The notes under the pieces were generated by a model that had not been told where the DNA came from, did no database searches, and saw only the letters and a list, made by a program, of their open reading frames with translations. From NCBI GenBank assembly GCA_026005055.1, contig BPKI01000001.1, positions 2,371,608 to 2,435,607 of the forward strand: 64,000 nt of DNA, in the 5' to 3' direction. How positions within the stretch are numbered: position 1 is the first letter of the stretch; the number at the start of each line of letters is the position of its first letter. Origin of the DNA: Lysobacterales bacterium (GTDB lineage: Bacteria; Pseudomonadota; Gammaproteobacteria; Xanthomonadales; BPKI01). The position numbers were made by a program, and so were the translations under genes. Below, in pieces: positions 28,672-41,148 of the stretch.

Positions 28672-29712
28672 ATGCCCAAGGAGCGATCCAGCCTGAGTTA
28701 CCGCGAGGCCGGTGTCGATATCGACGCCGGCCACGCCTTGGTCGAGCGCATCAAGCCCGCCGCGCGAAGCACCTTCCGGCCTGGGGTGCTCGCTGGCCTC
28801 GGCGGTTTCGGGGCGCTGTTCGCCCTGCCGGTCGGGCGGCACCGCGAGCCGGTGCTGGTTTCGGGGACCGACGGGGTGGGCACCAAGCTCAAGCTCCTCA
28901 CCCGCTTCGGGCTGCACGAAACGGCGGGGATCGACCTCGTGGCGATGAACGTCAACGATGTCCTGGTCCAGGGTGCCGAGCCGCTGTTTTTCCTCGACTA
29001 TTTCGCCACCGGCAAGCTCGAGGTCGAGACCGCTGCGCGGGTCGTGGAGGGGATTGCCGCGGGCTGCCGGGAAGCCGGCTGCGCGCTGATCGGCGGGGAG
29101 ACCGCGGAGATGCCCGATTTCTACGCGCCCGGAGAGTACGATCTCGCCGGCTTTTGCGTGGGCGTGGTGGAGCGGGAGCGGCTGCTCGACGGCCGCCGAG
29201 TGCAAGCCGGCGACGTCCTGCTCGGGATCGCCTCGAGCGGGCCGCACGCCAATGGCTTTTCGTTGATTCGCAAGATCCTCGCGCGCTCGGGCGAGCCCCT
29301 CGAGCTCGATCTCGGGGGGATACGCCTGCACGATGCCCTCCTCGCCCCGACCCGCATCTACGTCAAGCCGGTGCTCGCCCTGCTTCAGGCCCTCGAGGTT
29401 CATGCGCTCGCTCACATCACGGGCGGCGGCCTGAGCGAGAACATCATCCGCGTGGTGCCCGAAGGGCTCGGTCTCGAGATCGAAAGCTCCGCCTGGCCGC
29501 TGCCGCCGGTCTTCCGATGGCTCCATGAGGCCGGTCCGGTGGAATGGCCGGAGATGTGGCGCACTTTCAATTGCGGCATCGGCTTCGTGATCATCCTGCC
29601 CGAGAGCGCCGCCGCGGAGGCGCTTCGTCGGCTTGAGGACGCCGGGCTCAGCGCCTGGGAGATCGGCGCCGTCCGCGCCCATGGCGATGGGCCGCGAGTG
29701 CGCATCGGATGA
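28672..29712 (+). CDS. purM: Phosphoribosylformylglycinamidine cyclo-ligase (AIR synthetase)
   Basis: [43 protein letters not shown] 28672 is preferred to the upstream ATG 28600 of the track ORF. Confidence 0.9.
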   Translation: MPKERSSLSYREAGVDIDAGHALVERIKPAARSTFRPGVLAGLGGFGALFALPVGRHREPVLVSGTDGVGTKLKLLTRFGLHETAGIDLVAMNVNDVLVQGAEPLFFLDYFATGKLEVETAARVVEGIAAGCREAGCALIGGETAEMPDFYAPGEYDLAGFCVGVVERERLLDGRRVQAGDVLLGIASSGPHANGFSLIRKILARSGEPLELDLGGIRLHDALLAPTRIYVKPVLALLQALEVHALAHITGGGLSENIIRVVPEGLGLEIESSAWPLPPVFRWLHEAGPVEWPEMWRTFNCGIGFVIILPESAAAEALRRLEDAGLSAWEIGAVRAHGDGPRVRIG

Positions 29713-30377
29713 GCGCGACGCTCAGCCTCGCGGTTCTGGTATCCGGACGCGGCAGCAATTTGCAGGCGATCATCGATGCCTGCCGTTCGGGGCGACTTCG
29801 GGCGAAGATTCTCGCCGTGCTCTCCGATCGGATCGAGGCCGAAGGCCTGCGCCGCGCCGAAGCCGCGGGGATTCCCACGATCGCACTCGCCCCTCGCGGC
29901 TACCCGAGCCGAAGGGCCTACGACGAGGCGCTGTTCGCGCGGATTTCGAGCTTCGCGCCGGAGCTCGTGGTCCTCGCCGGATTCATGCGCGTCCTGAGCG
30001 CGCCCGTGGTCGAAGCTTGGGCGGGCCGGATGATCAACATCCACCCCTCGCTGCTGCCCAAGTATCCGGGCCTCCAGACCCACCGCCGCGCGATCGAGGC
30101 CGGCGATCGAGAACACGGCGCCTCGGTCCATTTCGTGAGCGCCGAGGTGGACGCGGGGCCCGTGATCGCGCGGGTTCGGGTCCCGATCCTTCCGGGCGAT
30201 GATCCTGAGACCCTCGCGGCGCGGCTGCTGCCGCGCGAACACGCCCTCCTGACCGCCACCTTGGCCTTGTTCGCCGAGCGGCGGCTGGAATGGAGGCCAG
30301 CGGGCATTCATCTGGATGGCTGCATCCTCGATCGACCGCTCGAGCTCGGAGCCGACGACCGATGGTTGCCAGCCTGA
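29709..30377 (+). CDS. purN: Phosphoribosylglycinamide formyltransferase
   Basis: [39 protein letters not shown]. The start overlaps the purM stop (ATGA). Confidence 0.9.
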   Translation: MSATLSLAVLVSGRGSNLQAIIDACRSGRLRAKILAVLSDRIEAEGLRRAEAAGIPTIALAPRGYPSRRAYDEALFARISSFAPELVVLAGFMRVLSAPVVEAWAGRMINIHPSLLPKYPGLQTHRRAIEAGDREHGASVHFVSAEVDAGPVIARVRVPILPGDDPETLAARLLPREHALLTATLALFAERRLEWRPAGIHLDGCILDRPLELGADDRWLPA

Positions 30378-31057
30378 TCCTCGCCGCGACGATGCTCCTG
30401 CCCGAGGAGGCGACGCTGCCACCGTTCGCGGGTCAATACACCCTGTTCCGAAACGGGCGCGAGGTCGGAATCGCGCGCATCGAATACGGACCCGACTCCG
30501 ATGGAGGCTTCAGGATCCGTAGCCGCCTCGAAGCGAGCGTGCTCGCGGGAGCCTTGCGCTTCACCGCCCATGAGGAATCGCGGCTGGGGTTCACCGCCGG
30601 CGAGCCGCGCAGCGAATCGTTCAGCGGCCGCCGCGAGCAACCCCTTCGGCGACGCGAGCAGCGGCTCGATTTCGACTGGCGGCGGGGCGAGGTCCGGGTC
30701 CGGGATTCCCGCCATGGCGAAAGCCGCCATCCTCTGCCCGGCCCCGCTCTCGATCCGCTCGCGGCCCTCATCCGCGCCGCGCTCGCGGCCCAGCGAGGCG
30801 AGACGGAATTCCGCTTCCTCGAGGTCAACCGCGGAGCGCCCAAGCTGCGCCGTGGCCGGGTGGTCGGCACGCGAAGCGAGAGCGTCGGCGGGCGCGAGAT
30901 CACCTGCGTCCTGGTGGAGCGGCTGAGCGAGGATCCCGAGCGCAGGAGCGCAAGCTGTCATGCTCCCTCGCTCGGCTATGCGCCGGTTTTCATCCTCCAC
31001 GCCGACGATGGCGAGGAGCTGATCCTGCGTTTGCGCGCAGGCTCCGCTTCCGGCTGA
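30362..31057 (+). CDS. Hypothetical exported protein, DUF3108-like
   Basis: It lies immediately downstream of purN, as in Pseudomonas. N-terminus is [14 protein letters not shown]. The family name is from memory and no motif was verified. Confidence 0.5.
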   Translation: MVASLILAATMLLPEEATLPPFAGQYTLFRNGREVGIARIEYGPDSDGGFRIRSRLEASVLAGALRFTAHEESRLGFTAGEPRSESFSGRREQPLRRREQRLDFDWRRGEVRVRDSRHGESRHPLPGPALDPLAALIRAALAAQRGETEFRFLEVNRGAPKLRRGRVVGTRSESVGGREITCVLVERLSEDPERRSASCHAPSLGYAPVFILHADDGEELILRLRAGSASG

Positions 31058-31197
31058 GGAGCGCGGTTCGAGGCCCCGCCACGCCCCTCGCGGCGGAAGC
31101 GCCACCCGATCCGGTTCGGGCTCGAGGAGCGAGCGCTACACGCTCTCCCGCGCGCGGGAAGGGCGACCGTCACGGGAAGGCGTCGGTCGAGCCTGGA

Positions 31198-32716
<1,519 letters not shown>

Positions 32717-32838
32717 CGCTTGGAGCGTTCCCGGAGCCGGCAAGCCCGAGGCACGCGGAGGGAGTACAATGGAGGACGGTCCATGTTACGCCAAGCCATG
32801 CGGCATGGGCCATCCGCTCCGCCCCGCGATACCGCCCG

Positions 32839-33864
32839 ATGAACGCCAGTCTGCGCGCCAGCCGTGAGCGATCCCCGGCACTTCCGGCGGTCGATGGGGA
32901 ACACGTGCGCGAAAGCGCCCGTCGCGTGATCGACATCGAGATCGGTGCCCTCGACGCGCTGCGAGCACGCATCGACGAGAGCTTCGTGGCGGCCTGCACG
33001 ATGATGCTGTCCTGCACCGGGCGGGTGGTGGTGACCGGAATGGGCAAGTCCGGTCACGTCGCTCGCAAGATCGCGGCGACGCTGGCCAGCACTGGCACCC
33101 CGGCCTTCTTCGTCCATCCGGGGGAGGCAAGCCACGGCGATCTCGGCATGATCACCGATCAGGACCTGGTGCTTGCCATCTCCAACTCGGGCGAGACCGA
33201 GGAAATCCTCACCATCGTCCCCTTCCTCCGCCGCCAGGGCAATCCGCTGATTGCGATGACCGGCAAGCCGCAATCGACCCTGGCCCGGCTCGCCGACCTC
33301 CACCTCGACACCAGCGTCCCCGCCGAGGCCTGCCCGCTCGGCCTCGCGCCCACCGCAAGCACCACCGCTGCGCTGGTGATGGGCGATGCGCTCGCCATCG
33401 CCCTGCTCGAGGCGCGCGGTTTCACCGCCGAGGACTTCGCGCGCTCGCACCCGGCCGGGAGCCTCGGGCGCAGGCTGCTGCTGCGCATCGCCGACATCAT
33501 GCACACCGGCGAGGGGATCCCGCGCGTGGGCCCGGAGGCGAGCATTTCCGACGCCCTGGTCGAGATGACCCGAAAGGGTCTCGGAATGACGGCGATCGTC
33601 GATGGCGATGGTCGTCTGCTCGGCGTCTTCACCGATGGCGACCTGCGCCGCACGCTCGACGACGAGCAGATCGATCTCCGATCGACGCCGGTGACGAGGG
33701 TGATGACCTCCCACCCGCGCACGATCGGGCCGGAGCGGCTGGCGGTCGAAGCGGCTCGGATGATGGAAGCGCACAAGATCAATGCGCTGCTGGTCGTGGA
33801 CGGATCGGGCGTCCTCCTCGGTGCGCTCAACATCCACGACCTGCTTCGGGCGAGGGTCGTCTGA
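32839..33864 (+). CDS. kdsD: Arabinose-5-phosphate isomerase (KpsF/GutQ family)
   Basis: SIS domain VVVTGMGKSGHVARKIAATLASTGTPAFFVHPGEASHGDLG, followed by tandem CBS domains. Confidence 0.9.
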   Translation: MNASLRASRERSPALPAVDGEHVRESARRVIDIEIGALDALRARIDESFVAACTMMLSCTGRVVVTGMGKSGHVARKIAATLASTGTPAFFVHPGEASHGDLGMITDQDLVLAISNSGETEEILTIVPFLRRQGNPLIAMTGKPQSTLARLADLHLDTSVPAEACPLGLAPTASTTAALVMGDALAIALLEARGFTAEDFARSHPAGSLGRRLLLRIADIMHTGEGIPRVGPEASISDALVEMTRKGLGMTAIVDGDGRLLGVFTDGDLRRTLDDEQIDLRSTPVTRVMTSHPRTIGPERLAVEAARMMEAHKINALLVVDGSGVLLGALNIHDLLRARVV

Positions 33865-33886
33865 AATCGGCCGCGGCGGCTCCCAG

Positions 33887-34477
33887 GTGGCGACCGAATC
33901 CGCGAACATCCCGCCGTCCGGCCGCGCCTCCTCCCGGGACCGTCGGCGAGGGTGGCGGCGCTTCCCCGCGCGCCTCGCCGAGCGCGCGCGAGGTATTGCA
34001 CTGATGGCCTTCGACGTGGACGGCGTGCTCACCGACGGGCGTCTTTGGTTCGGCGAGGACGGCCGCGAGCTCAAGGTCTTTCACGTCCACGACGGCTTGG
34101 GTCTGAAACGGCTCAAGGCCGCCGGTGTGGAGGTGGCGGTGATCAGCGCGCGCTCGAGCCCGGTGGTGGCGATGCGCCTCGCCGAGCTCGGCATCGTCCA
34201 GGTCCACCAAGGCCAAGAAGACAAGGCCGCGTGTTTCCGCCGCCTGCTCGCCGCCTGCGCATGCCCGCCCGAAGCAGCCGGTTTCATGGGCGATGACCTG
34301 CCCGATCTGCCGGCGCTTCGCCTCGCTGGTCTCGCGGTGGCACCCGCCAATGCGGTCGCAGAGGTGATTGCCGCGGCCCATTGGGTGACCCATCGTCTTG
34401 GCGGCGACGGGGCGGTGCGCGAGCTGTGCGAGGCGATCCTCGCCGCCCGCAGCGAAGGCGCCGGAGCCGAGCCTTGA
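33887..34477 (+). CDS. kdsC: 3-deoxy-D-manno-octulosonate 8-phosphate phosphatase
   Basis: LMAFDVDGVLTDGRLWFGEDGRELKVFHVHDGLGLKRL, HAD motif I. The start is uncertain; GTG 33887 was chosen. Confidence 0.8.
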   Translation: MATESANIPPSGRASSRDRRRGWRRFPARLAERARGIALMAFDVDGVLTDGRLWFGEDGRELKVFHVHDGLGLKRLKAAGVEVAVISARSSPVVAMRLAELGIVQVHQGQEDKAACFRRLLAACACPPEAAGFMGDDLPDLPALRLAGLAVAPANAVAEVIAAAHWVTHRLGGDGAVRELCEAILAARSEGAGAEP

Positions 34478-35061
34478 GTCCTCTCGCCGAACGCGCGCTG
34501 CTGCTCATCCTCACCGCCCTGGTCGGCGCCACGTCCTGGTGGCTCTGGCAGCTCAGGGAACGCGTCCTCGGCAAGGCGCCGCCACAGCCTCCTGAGCTCG
34601 ACTACGTCCTCGAGGACTTCGAGCTGGTGGCCTACGACGAGCGCGGAGCGAGTAGCTTCCGGCTCCAGGCTCCCCGGCTCGAGCACGTCGCCAGCACCGG
34701 TCAACTCCGTGTCCAGGCGCCCCGAATCGCGATGCGCGACGGCCGCGGCCAAAACTGGCGCGGCCAAGCTGCTTCCGCGATCGTGGCTCCGAAGGGCGAG
34801 GAGCTCCTACTCTCGGGCGAGGTGGCGCTCGAGCGCGGAGAGGGACTCGAGCGCGGAGAGGGACAGGCCGAAGCCCTGCGCTTGACCAGCGAGACCCTGA
34901 CCCTGTTCCCCGAGTCGCGGCGAATGGAGACCGCCTCGTGGGTGACCATCGAACAGCCCGGTTCTATACTCCGCGGACGCGGTTTGATCGCCGAGCTCGA
35001 CGCCGACCGCATCCAGCTCCTCGCCGACGTCCATGCCACTTTCCAGCCTGCTGCTCGCTAG
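34474..35061 (+). CDS. lptC: LPS export system protein LptC
   Basis: N-terminal TM ALLLILTALVGATSWWLW, about 195 aa, located between kdsC and lptA. The putative TTG start at 34474 overlaps the kdsC TGA. Confidence 0.65.
   Translation: MSPLAERALLLILTALVGATSWWLWQLRERVLGKAPPQPPELDYVLEDFELVAYDERGASSFRLQAPRLEHVASTGQLRVQAPRIAMRDGRGQNWRGQAASAIVAPKGEELLLSGEVALERGEGLERGEGQAEALRLTSETLTLFPESRRMETASWVTIEQPGSILRGRGLIAELDADRIQLLADVHATFQPAAR
34828..34863 (+). repeat. Perfect 18-bp tandem duplication inside lptC
   Basis: ctcgagcgcggagaggga occurs at 34828-34845 and again at 34846-34863. It is in frame and encodes LERGEG-LERGEG. Confidence 0.95.
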
Positions 35062-35533
35062 TCTCGCGCTCGCCGCCCCTCCGGCCGAAGCTCTGCGCGA
35101 CCGCGATCAGCCCATCGAGATCGAGGCGCAGCGGACGGAGGGCAATCTCCGCGACACGGGCGTGACCGTGCTAAGCGGGGAGGTGCGCATTCGCCAGGGC
35201 AGTCTCTCGATCCTGGCCGATCGCGCGGAGATCCACCGCGAGGGAACCCAGGTCGGTCAAGTGAGGCTACAAGGTTCGCCGGTCCGACTCGAGCAGGCCC
35301 TGCCCGACCGCTCGGGGACGCTGATCGCCGAGGCGCGGAGCATCGATTACGATCCCGAACGTCGGCGGATGATCCTCGAGGGGAACGTGCGGATCGTCGA
35401 ACCTCGCGGCGAGCTGAAAGGCAGCCGTGTCGAATACGACACCGAAACGGGCCGCGTTCGCGCCGACGGTGGGCGCGACGCGCCGGTCCGCATCCGGATC
35501 GACCCGCCCGCCGTCCCGCCCGCGGCGGCCTGA
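35033..35533 (+). CDS. lptA: LPS export periplasmic protein LptA
   Basis: Signal peptide, then DRDQPIEIEAQRTEGNLRDTGVTVLSGEVRIRQGSLSILADRAEI, an OstA-like fold pattern. Confidence 0.8.
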   Translation: MPLSSLLLASLALAAPPAEALRDRDQPIEIEAQRTEGNLRDTGVTVLSGEVRIRQGSLSILADRAEIHREGTQVGQVRLQGSPVRLEQALPDRSGTLIAEARSIDYDPERRRMILEGNVRIVEPRGELKGSRVEYDTETGRVRADGGRDAPVRIRIDPPAVPPAAA

Positions 35534-35539
35534 TCGCGG

Positions 35540-36259
35540 ATGCTCAGCGCTCACGGACTCCGCAAGCGCTTTCGATCGCGCGAAGTGGTGCGCGGCTTTT
35601 CCTTCGAGCTGGCCGAAGGCGAGGTGGTCGGCTTGCTCGGTCCTAACGGCGCGGGGAAGACGACCTGCTTCTACCTCATCCTCGGGCTCGTCGCCGCCGA
35701 CGCCGGTACCATCCGCATCGACGACCGGGACATCACCCACCTGCCGATGCATCAGCGAGCCCGGTTGGGGCTCGGCTACCTTCCGCAGGAACCCTCGATT
35801 TTCCGCCGCTTGACCGTGGCGGAAAACGTCCTCGCCATCCTCGAGCTCCGGCGGGATCTCGACGCCAACGGCCGGCGCGCCGAGCTCAGCCGCCTGCTCG
35901 AGGAACTTCAGATCGCGCACCTCGCCTCTCAGCTCGGCGTCTCGCTCTCGGGCGGCGAGCGCCGACGCTGCGAGATCGCGCGCGCCCTGGCGGCGAAACC
36001 CCGTTACATGCTGCTCGACGAGCCCTTCGCTGGCGTCGATCCGATCTCGGTCGGCGACATCCAGCGGATCGTCCGCCAACTCAAGGCTCGCGGCATCGGC
36101 ATCCTCATCACCGATCACAACGTGCGCGAGACGCTGGGCATCTGCGATCGGGCCTACATCCTCAACGCCGGCGCATTGCTCACCAGCGGAGCACCCGAGG
36201 AGCTGCTCGCCGATGAGCGCGTGCGCGAGGTCTATCTGGGACGGGAGTTCCGGCTTTAG
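35540..36259 (+). CDS. lptB: LPS export ABC transporter ATP-binding protein LptB
   Basis: [27 protein letters not shown] and [13 protein letters not shown]. Confidence 0.9.
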   Translation: MLSAHGLRKRFRSREVVRGFSFELAEGEVVGLLGPNGAGKTTCFYLILGLVAADAGTIRIDDRDITHLPMHQRARLGLGYLPQEPSIFRRLTVAENVLAILELRRDLDANGRRAELSRLLEELQIAHLASQLGVSLSGGERRRCEIARALAAKPRYMLLDEPFAGVDPISVGDIQRIVRQLKARGIGILITDHNVRETLGICDRAYILNAGALLTSGAPEELLADERVREVYLGREFRL

Positions 36260-36326
36260 TCACGGGCGCCTGAGCGCTAGGATGGTCGCGGGGTGAACGA
36301 CTGCCGTCAGGCTGCCTCCTCGGAGC

Positions 36327-37742
36327 ATGGGCAAGACCGAGCTCAGCACGGTACAGACCCAGCGCCAGACGCTGTCGCTACGGATGCGGCAGGCGGTGCG
36401 GCTTCTCGCGATGTCCTCGGTCGAACTCGAAGCGGAGCTGCGTGAGGCAGCGCTGTCCAACCCTCTGCTGCGGCTCGAGGACGATCCGGAGGCGGAGGAG
36501 GCGCCGGAGGATCGCGACCCAAGCGGCGCCGAGGAAGCGGCCGAATGGGCCGAGGACGCCCCGATCGAGCCAGGGGCCTTCGCCGTGGCTTGGCCCGAGC
36601 CGCCGACGATGGACCCGGAGGAAGAATCCCAGGCCAGGGAAATCGCCGACCCATCCGGTCAAGGGCTCAAGGCCCATCTGCTTTGGCAGCTTTCCCTAAG
36701 TCGGCTCGGGGCCGAGGAGCGACGAATCGCCGAGTTCCTCATCGATGCGATCGGCCCGGACGGGTACTTGACGCTCTCCACCGCGGAGATCGAGGCGTCG
36801 CTCGCCGCCGAGCTGCCGATTCGCAACGGAGCGGTAGAGGCCGTGCGTCAGGTCATCCTCCAGTTCGATCCGCCGGGTTGCGGCGCGCAGGGTCTGGCCG
36901 AGTGCCTCGACGCGCAGCTGCTCGCACTGCCGACGGACACGCCCGGACGCTCCCTCGCCCGCCGCCTGGTCCGCGAACATCTTCAGTCCCTCGCCGAGGG
37001 GGATCAGCGCCGGCTCATGCGCCGCCTGGGCGTGGATGCCGAAGCGCTCGCGCAGGCCGTCGCGCTGATTCGGCAACTGGATCCCCGCCCGGGCGCCCGT
37101 TTCGGCGCCGAGGCGGCACCTTACGTCGAACCCGACGTGCTGGTCGTCCGTCAGGGCAGGGATTGGCGAGTGATGCTCAATCCCGAGCTCACGCTCAGGC
37201 TCGCCCTCGATCCCCATTACACCCGGCTCGCGGCCCATGCGCGTCGCGACGAGCGGATCTATCTGCGCGAGCAAATGCGCGAGGCGCGCTGGCTCATTCG
37301 CTGCGTCAACAGCCGCCACGAGACGATCCTGCGGGTGGCGCAGGCGATCTTCGAGCGGCAGCGCGGTTTCCTCGAATACGGCCCGATGGCGATGACGCCT
37401 CTGGTCATGCGCGAGATCGCCGCTTCCTTGGGGATGCACGAGTCCACCGTCTCCCGTGCGACCTCGCGCAAATACGCGCTGACGCCGCGAGGCACCTATG
37501 AACTCAAGTACTTCTTCAGCCAGGGTTTGGACACGGTCGAGGGCGGTTCGGCCTCCGCCACTGCCGTGCAGGAGATGATCCGGGCGATGATCGCCGAGGA
37601 GGATCCGCGCCGACCGCTGTCCGATCTCGCCCTCGCCAAGGCCCTCGGCCGGCGAGGGATCACCGTCGCCCGACGCACCGTGGCAAAATATCGGGAAGCG
37701 ATGAACATTCCTTCTTCCCACGAACGACATCGTCCGACCTGA
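36327..37742 (+). CDS. rpoN: RNA polymerase sigma-54 factor
   Basis: The N-terminal Gln/Leu region QTLSLRMRQAVRLLAMSSVELEAEL..NPLL and the C-terminal RpoN box ARRTVAKYREAM. Confidence 0.9.
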   Translation: MGKTELSTVQTQRQTLSLRMRQAVRLLAMSSVELEAELREAALSNPLLRLEDDPEAEEAPEDRDPSGAEEAAEWAEDAPIEPGAFAVAWPEPPTMDPEEESQAREIADPSGQGLKAHLLWQLSLSRLGAEERRIAEFLIDAIGPDGYLTLSTAEIEASLAAELPIRNGAVEAVRQVILQFDPPGCGAQGLAECLDAQLLALPTDTPGRSLARRLVREHLQSLAEGDQRRLMRRLGVDAEALAQAVALIRQLDPRPGARFGAEAAPYVEPDVLVVRQGRDWRVMLNPELTLRLALDPHYTRLAAHARRDERIYLREQMREARWLIRCVNSRHETILRVAQAIFERQRGFLEYGPMAMTPLVMREIAASLGMHESTVSRATSRKYALTPRGTYELKYFFSQGLDTVEGGSASATAVQEMIRAMIAEEDPRRPLSDLALAKALGRRGITVARRTVAKYREAMNIPSSHERHRPT

Positions 37743-37864
37743 GCGGCCGCGCCCGTGCACGGCGGCGCTGAGCGTCGCGCACCGACCTCAAACGGCCGCA
37801 GGGCGCGAAGGCTCGATCCCGCTTCGTTCGGCATCCCATCCCGTTCCGCGGAGTCTCTCGGTCC

Positions 37865-38158
37865 ATGCAGATTCAAATCACCGGCCATCAGATGGAAATC
37901 ACGCCCGCACTGCGCGACTACGTGGAGAGCAAGATGGGGCGGATCCTGCGCCACTTCGATCACCTCACGGACGCGCACTTCATCCTCTCGGTCGACAAGC
38001 TCGCACACCGCGCCGAGGGGGTGCTGAACGCTGCCGGCAAGCGGCTTTTCGCCGATGCGGTGGCCGAGGACATGTATGCCGCCATCGACGCCCTGTCCGA
38101 CAAGCTCGACCGTCAGGTGCGCCGACACAAGGAAAAGCTCACCAACCACCGCGGCTAG
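37865..38158 (+). CDS. hpf: Ribosome hibernation promoting factor (short form)
   Basis: MQIQITGHQMEITPALRDYVESK.., 97 aa, directly after rpoN. Confidence 0.85.
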   Translation: MQIQITGHQMEITPALRDYVESKMGRILRHFDHLTDAHFILSVDKLAHRAEGVLNAAGKRLFADAVAEDMYAAIDALSDKLDRQVRRHKEKLTNHRG

Positions 38159-38173
38159 CGCTGGGCTCCTCAG

Positions 38174-38656
38174 ATGGACTTCGTCGATCTCCTCACCCTC
38201 GACCGCATCGCCCTCGACGAGCGAGTGAGCAGCAAGAAGCGGCTGCTCGAGCGTCTCGCGCAGCTCCTCACCGAGGACGGTTCGCCCGAGCGGGAACGGG
38301 CCATTTTCGACAGCCTCTGCGCGCGTGAGCGTCTGGGCTCGACTGCGCTGGGCCACGGGGTGGCGATCCCTCATGGCCGCTCGGCGGCGGTCAGCACGGC
38401 CGTCGGTGCTTTCATCCGGCTCGCCCAGCCGATCGACTTCCAAGCCCCCGACCAGAAGCCGGTCGATCTGGTCTTTGGCCTGATCGCGCCGGAACACTTC
38501 ACCGACCAGCATCTCATGCTCCTCTCCCAGCTCGCCGAGATGCTGAGCGAGCCGGGTTTCTGCGACCGGCTCCGGCGCGCCCCGGACCGGTCGGCGGCGA
38601 TGGCGCTGATGGTGGAACGCCCCGCACCGCCTCGTAAAGCGGTCGCCGCCGGCTGA
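38174..38656 (+). CDS. ptsN: PTS-Ntr enzyme IIA (PtsN)
   Basis: RERLGSTALGHGVAIPHGR, the phosphorylatable His region, in conserved rpoN-hpf-ptsN order. Confidence 0.85.
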   Translation: MDFVDLLTLDRIALDERVSSKKRLLERLAQLLTEDGSPERERAIFDSLCARERLGSTALGHGVAIPHGRSAAVSTAVGAFIRLAQPIDFQAPDQKPVDLVFGLIAPEHFTDQHLMLLSQLAEMLSEPGFCDRLRRAPDRSAAMALMVERPAPPRKAVAAG

Positions 38657-39628
38657 GTGCGCAAAGGCGCCGTGGATCGAAGCATCTCCGCGCGCCAACT
38701 GTTCGAGGACCTGAGCGAGCGCCTTGGGCTGCGTTGGCTCGCGGGCGAAGACGGCGGGCAGCGCATCCTCTCTTCCGACCCCGGCCAGCGCCGTCGGCCT
38801 TCGCTCGCCGGCTACCTCAACATCATCTACCCCAACCGGGTGCAGATCGTCGGCCAGGAGGAGCTCGCCTATCTCGACGCGCTCGAATCCCGCCAGCGCT
38901 GGGAGACGATCGCCAAGGTCATCGACCAGCGCCCACTGGCTCTGGTGGTGACCCGCAACCAGCCCGTGCCTTCCGACCTCGTGCAAGCCTGCCGGGAGTC
39001 CTCCACCCCGCTCTGGCATGCCGCTCGCCCCGGCCACGAGGTGCTCGCCTACATGCAGTATCACCTCACGCGCACGCTCGCGCCGCGCACCACGCTGCAC
39101 GGCGTATTCATGGAGATCCACTCGATCGGCGTGCTGATCACCGGCGAGGCCGGCGTGGGCAAGAGCGAGCTCGCCTTGGAGCTCATCACCCGAGGCCACC
39201 GTCTGATCGCAGACGACGCGCCCGAATTCACCCAAATCGCCCCCGACATCCTCGATGGCACTTGTCCGGAGATGCTCCAGGACCTCCTCGAGGTCCGCGG
39301 GCTCGGCTTGCTCAACGTGCGCGAGATGTTCGGGGATACGGCGGTCAAACGGAACAAGTACCTGCGTCTGATCGTCCATCTCGTGGGCCTCGATCCGCGG
39401 AGTGGGGACGCCGCCGGACTCTCCCGCCTTTTCGGTGACACGGGTTCGCGCGAAGTGCTCGGTGTGGCCATTCCCCAGATCAGCCTGCCCGTCGCGCCGG
39501 GACGCAACCTCGCCGTGCTGGTCGAGGCGGCGGTGCGAAGCTTCCTCCTCAAGAGCAAGGGCATCGATCCGGCCAAGACCTTCGTCGACCGTCAGGCCCA
39601 CCAGCTCCGCCGGCAGCGGCCATGGTGA
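38657..39628 (+). CDS. hprK: HPr kinase/phosphorylase
   Basis: [30 protein letters not shown]. The GTG start is immediately after the ptsN TGA. Confidence 0.85.
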   Translation: MRKGAVDRSISARQLFEDLSERLGLRWLAGEDGGQRILSSDPGQRRRPSLAGYLNIIYPNRVQIVGQEELAYLDALESRQRWETIAKVIDQRPLALVVTRNQPVPSDLVQACRESSTPLWHAARPGHEVLAYMQYHLTRTLAPRTTLHGVFMEIHSIGVLITGEAGVGKSELALELITRGHRLIADDAPEFTQIAPDILDGTCPEMLQDLLEVRGLGLLNVREMFGDTAVKRNKYLRLIVHLVGLDPRSGDAAGLSRLFGDTGSREVLGVAIPQISLPVAPGRNLAVLVEAAVRSFLLKSKGIDPAKTFVDRQAHQLRRQRPW

Positions 39629-40491
39629 GCCTCGAAAGCTCGATGCCGACCCGGTTGATCGTGATCTCCGGGCTCTCGGGCGCCGGTAAGTCGGTGGCGC
39701 TGCGCACGCTCGAGGACCTCGATTTCTATTGCGTGGACAACCTCCCCGCCGACCTGCTGCCGCAGCTCGTAGACAGCCTCGGCGGCTTGCATCCGCGTCT
39801 GGGGGTGGGCATCGATGCCCGCAACCGACCGGCGGCCCTGATGCAATTGCCGCAGGCGCTCGCCGAAATCGGCCGCCGCGGGGTGCGATACGAGGTCGTC
39901 TATCTCGAGACGCGCGATGAGGTGCTGCTCAAGCGCTACGGCGAGACCCGGCGTCGGCATCCGCTCTCCGGCGAGGGTCTGCCGCTGATCGACGCCATCA
40001 CCCTCGAGCGCAAGCTGCTGCGGCCGCTCGCGGGGATCGCCGACCGCCACTTCGACACCAGCGAGCTCAACGTCCACCAGCTGCGCCGCCTCATCGCCAC
40101 CGAAATCGCCGGCGGCCAGGGCGCCTTGAGCCTGCTCTTCGAGTCCTTCGCGTATCGCCGCGGGCTGCCGCCGGATGCCGACTTCGTCTTCGACGCGCGC
40201 GCCCTGCCCAATCCGCACTGGGATCCGGCACTCAGGCCCCTCTCCGGCCGCGATCCGCCGGTGCGCGCCTTCCTCGACGGCCAGCCCATCGTCCAGGACT
40301 TCCTCGCTCAGGTTCGGGATTTCCTCGAGTCCTGGCTGCCGCGCATCGAGCAAGAGAACCGGCGTTATCTCACCGTGGCCATCGGCTGCACCGGCGGCCG
40401 CCATCGCTCGGTCTATCTCTGTGAACGGCTGGCCGAGCACTTTCGAGCGAGCCGCGAGGCGGTGCTCACCTTCCACCGGGAGCTCGAATGA
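39622..40491 (+). CDS. rapZ: RNase adapter protein RapZ (YhbJ)
   Basis: [31 protein letters not shown] and the C-terminal CTGGRHRSV. An alternative start lies at 39643. Confidence 0.85.
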   Translation: MVSLESSMPTRLIVISGLSGAGKSVALRTLEDLDFYCVDNLPADLLPQLVDSLGGLHPRLGVGIDARNRPAALMQLPQALAEIGRRGVRYEVVYLETRDEVLLKRYGETRRRHPLSGEGLPLIDAITLERKLLRPLAGIADRHFDTSELNVHQLRRLIATEIAGGQGALSLLFESFAYRRGLPPDADFVFDARALPNPHWDPALRPLSGRDPPVRAFLDGQPIVQDFLAQVRDFLESWLPRIEQENRRYLTVAIGCTGGRHRSVYLCERLAEHFRASREAVLTFHRELE

Positions 40492-40886
40492 GCCAAGTGG
40501 CGGTCTTGCTCATCACCCATGAAGGGGTCGGCGCCGCCCTTCGTCAGGTAGCCGAGCGTCTGATCGGGCGGCTTCCGGTCTCGGTCGAGCTCCTCGAGGT
40601 GCCCTTCGAGCAGACGCCGGATGATCTCTGCGCCATCGCCGAGGCGCGCCTGCGCGAGCTGGACCGGGGTGCCGGCGTGCTCATCCTCTGCGATCTCTAC
40701 GGCGCGAGCCCGGAGCGGCTGGCAGGACGCCTGTGCACGGGGCCGGAATGCCGAGTGCGCAAGGTCTGCGGGCTCAATCTGCCGATGCTGCTGCGCGTGC
40801 TCAACTACGCCGACCGCCCGCTCGACGAACTGGCCGAAATCGCCGCCGGAGGCGCTCATGGCGGAATCGTCGTGGATGAGCCTTGA
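40488..40886 (+). CDS. PTS enzyme IIA, mannose/fructose family
   Basis: VAVLLITHEGVGAAL (phospho-His region), 132 aa. The start overlaps the rapZ stop (ATGA). Confidence 0.75.
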   Translation: MSQVAVLLITHEGVGAALRQVAERLIGRLPVSVELLEVPFEQTPDDLCAIAEARLRELDRGAGVLILCDLYGASPERLAGRLCTGPECRVRKVCGLNLPMLLRVLNYADRPLDELAEIAAGGAHGGIVVDEP

Positions 40887-41142
40887 GCTGGTCGTGCCGA
40901 ACCGGCTCGGCTTGCATGCCCGGGCGGCGTCCAAGCTGGTGCAAACCCTCGCACCCTTCGCCGCCCAGGTGCTGATGAGCGCCAATGGCCGCGAGGTCAA
41001 CGCCAAGAGCATCTTAGGCGTCATGCTCCTCGCTGCCGCCCAGGGCACGCCCGTGCGCTTTCGCGCCGAGGGCGAGGACGCCGAAGCGGCCCTGGCCGCC
41101 GTGCAGGCTCTCTTCGAGCGCCGCTTCGACGAGGAGGGCTGA
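40876..41142 (+). CDS. ptsH: HPr-family phosphocarrier protein
   Basis: LVVPNRLGLHARAASKLV (His-15 region) and NAKSILGVMLLAA (Ser-46 region). 88 aa, taken from the 3' part of the track ORF 40621-41142. Confidence 0.8.
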   Translation: MSLELVVPNRLGLHARAASKLVQTLAPFAAQVLMSANGREVNAKSILGVMLLAAAQGTPVRFRAEGEDAEAALAAVQALFERRFDEEG

Positions 41143-41148
41143 GGGCCC

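Noticed and set aside
31060-31090. A ggttcgaggcccc string reminiscent of a tRNA T-arm
   Set aside because: No complementary T-stem, acceptor stem or anticodon arm can be drawn around it. I found no convincing tRNA, rRNA or tmRNA anywhere in the window.
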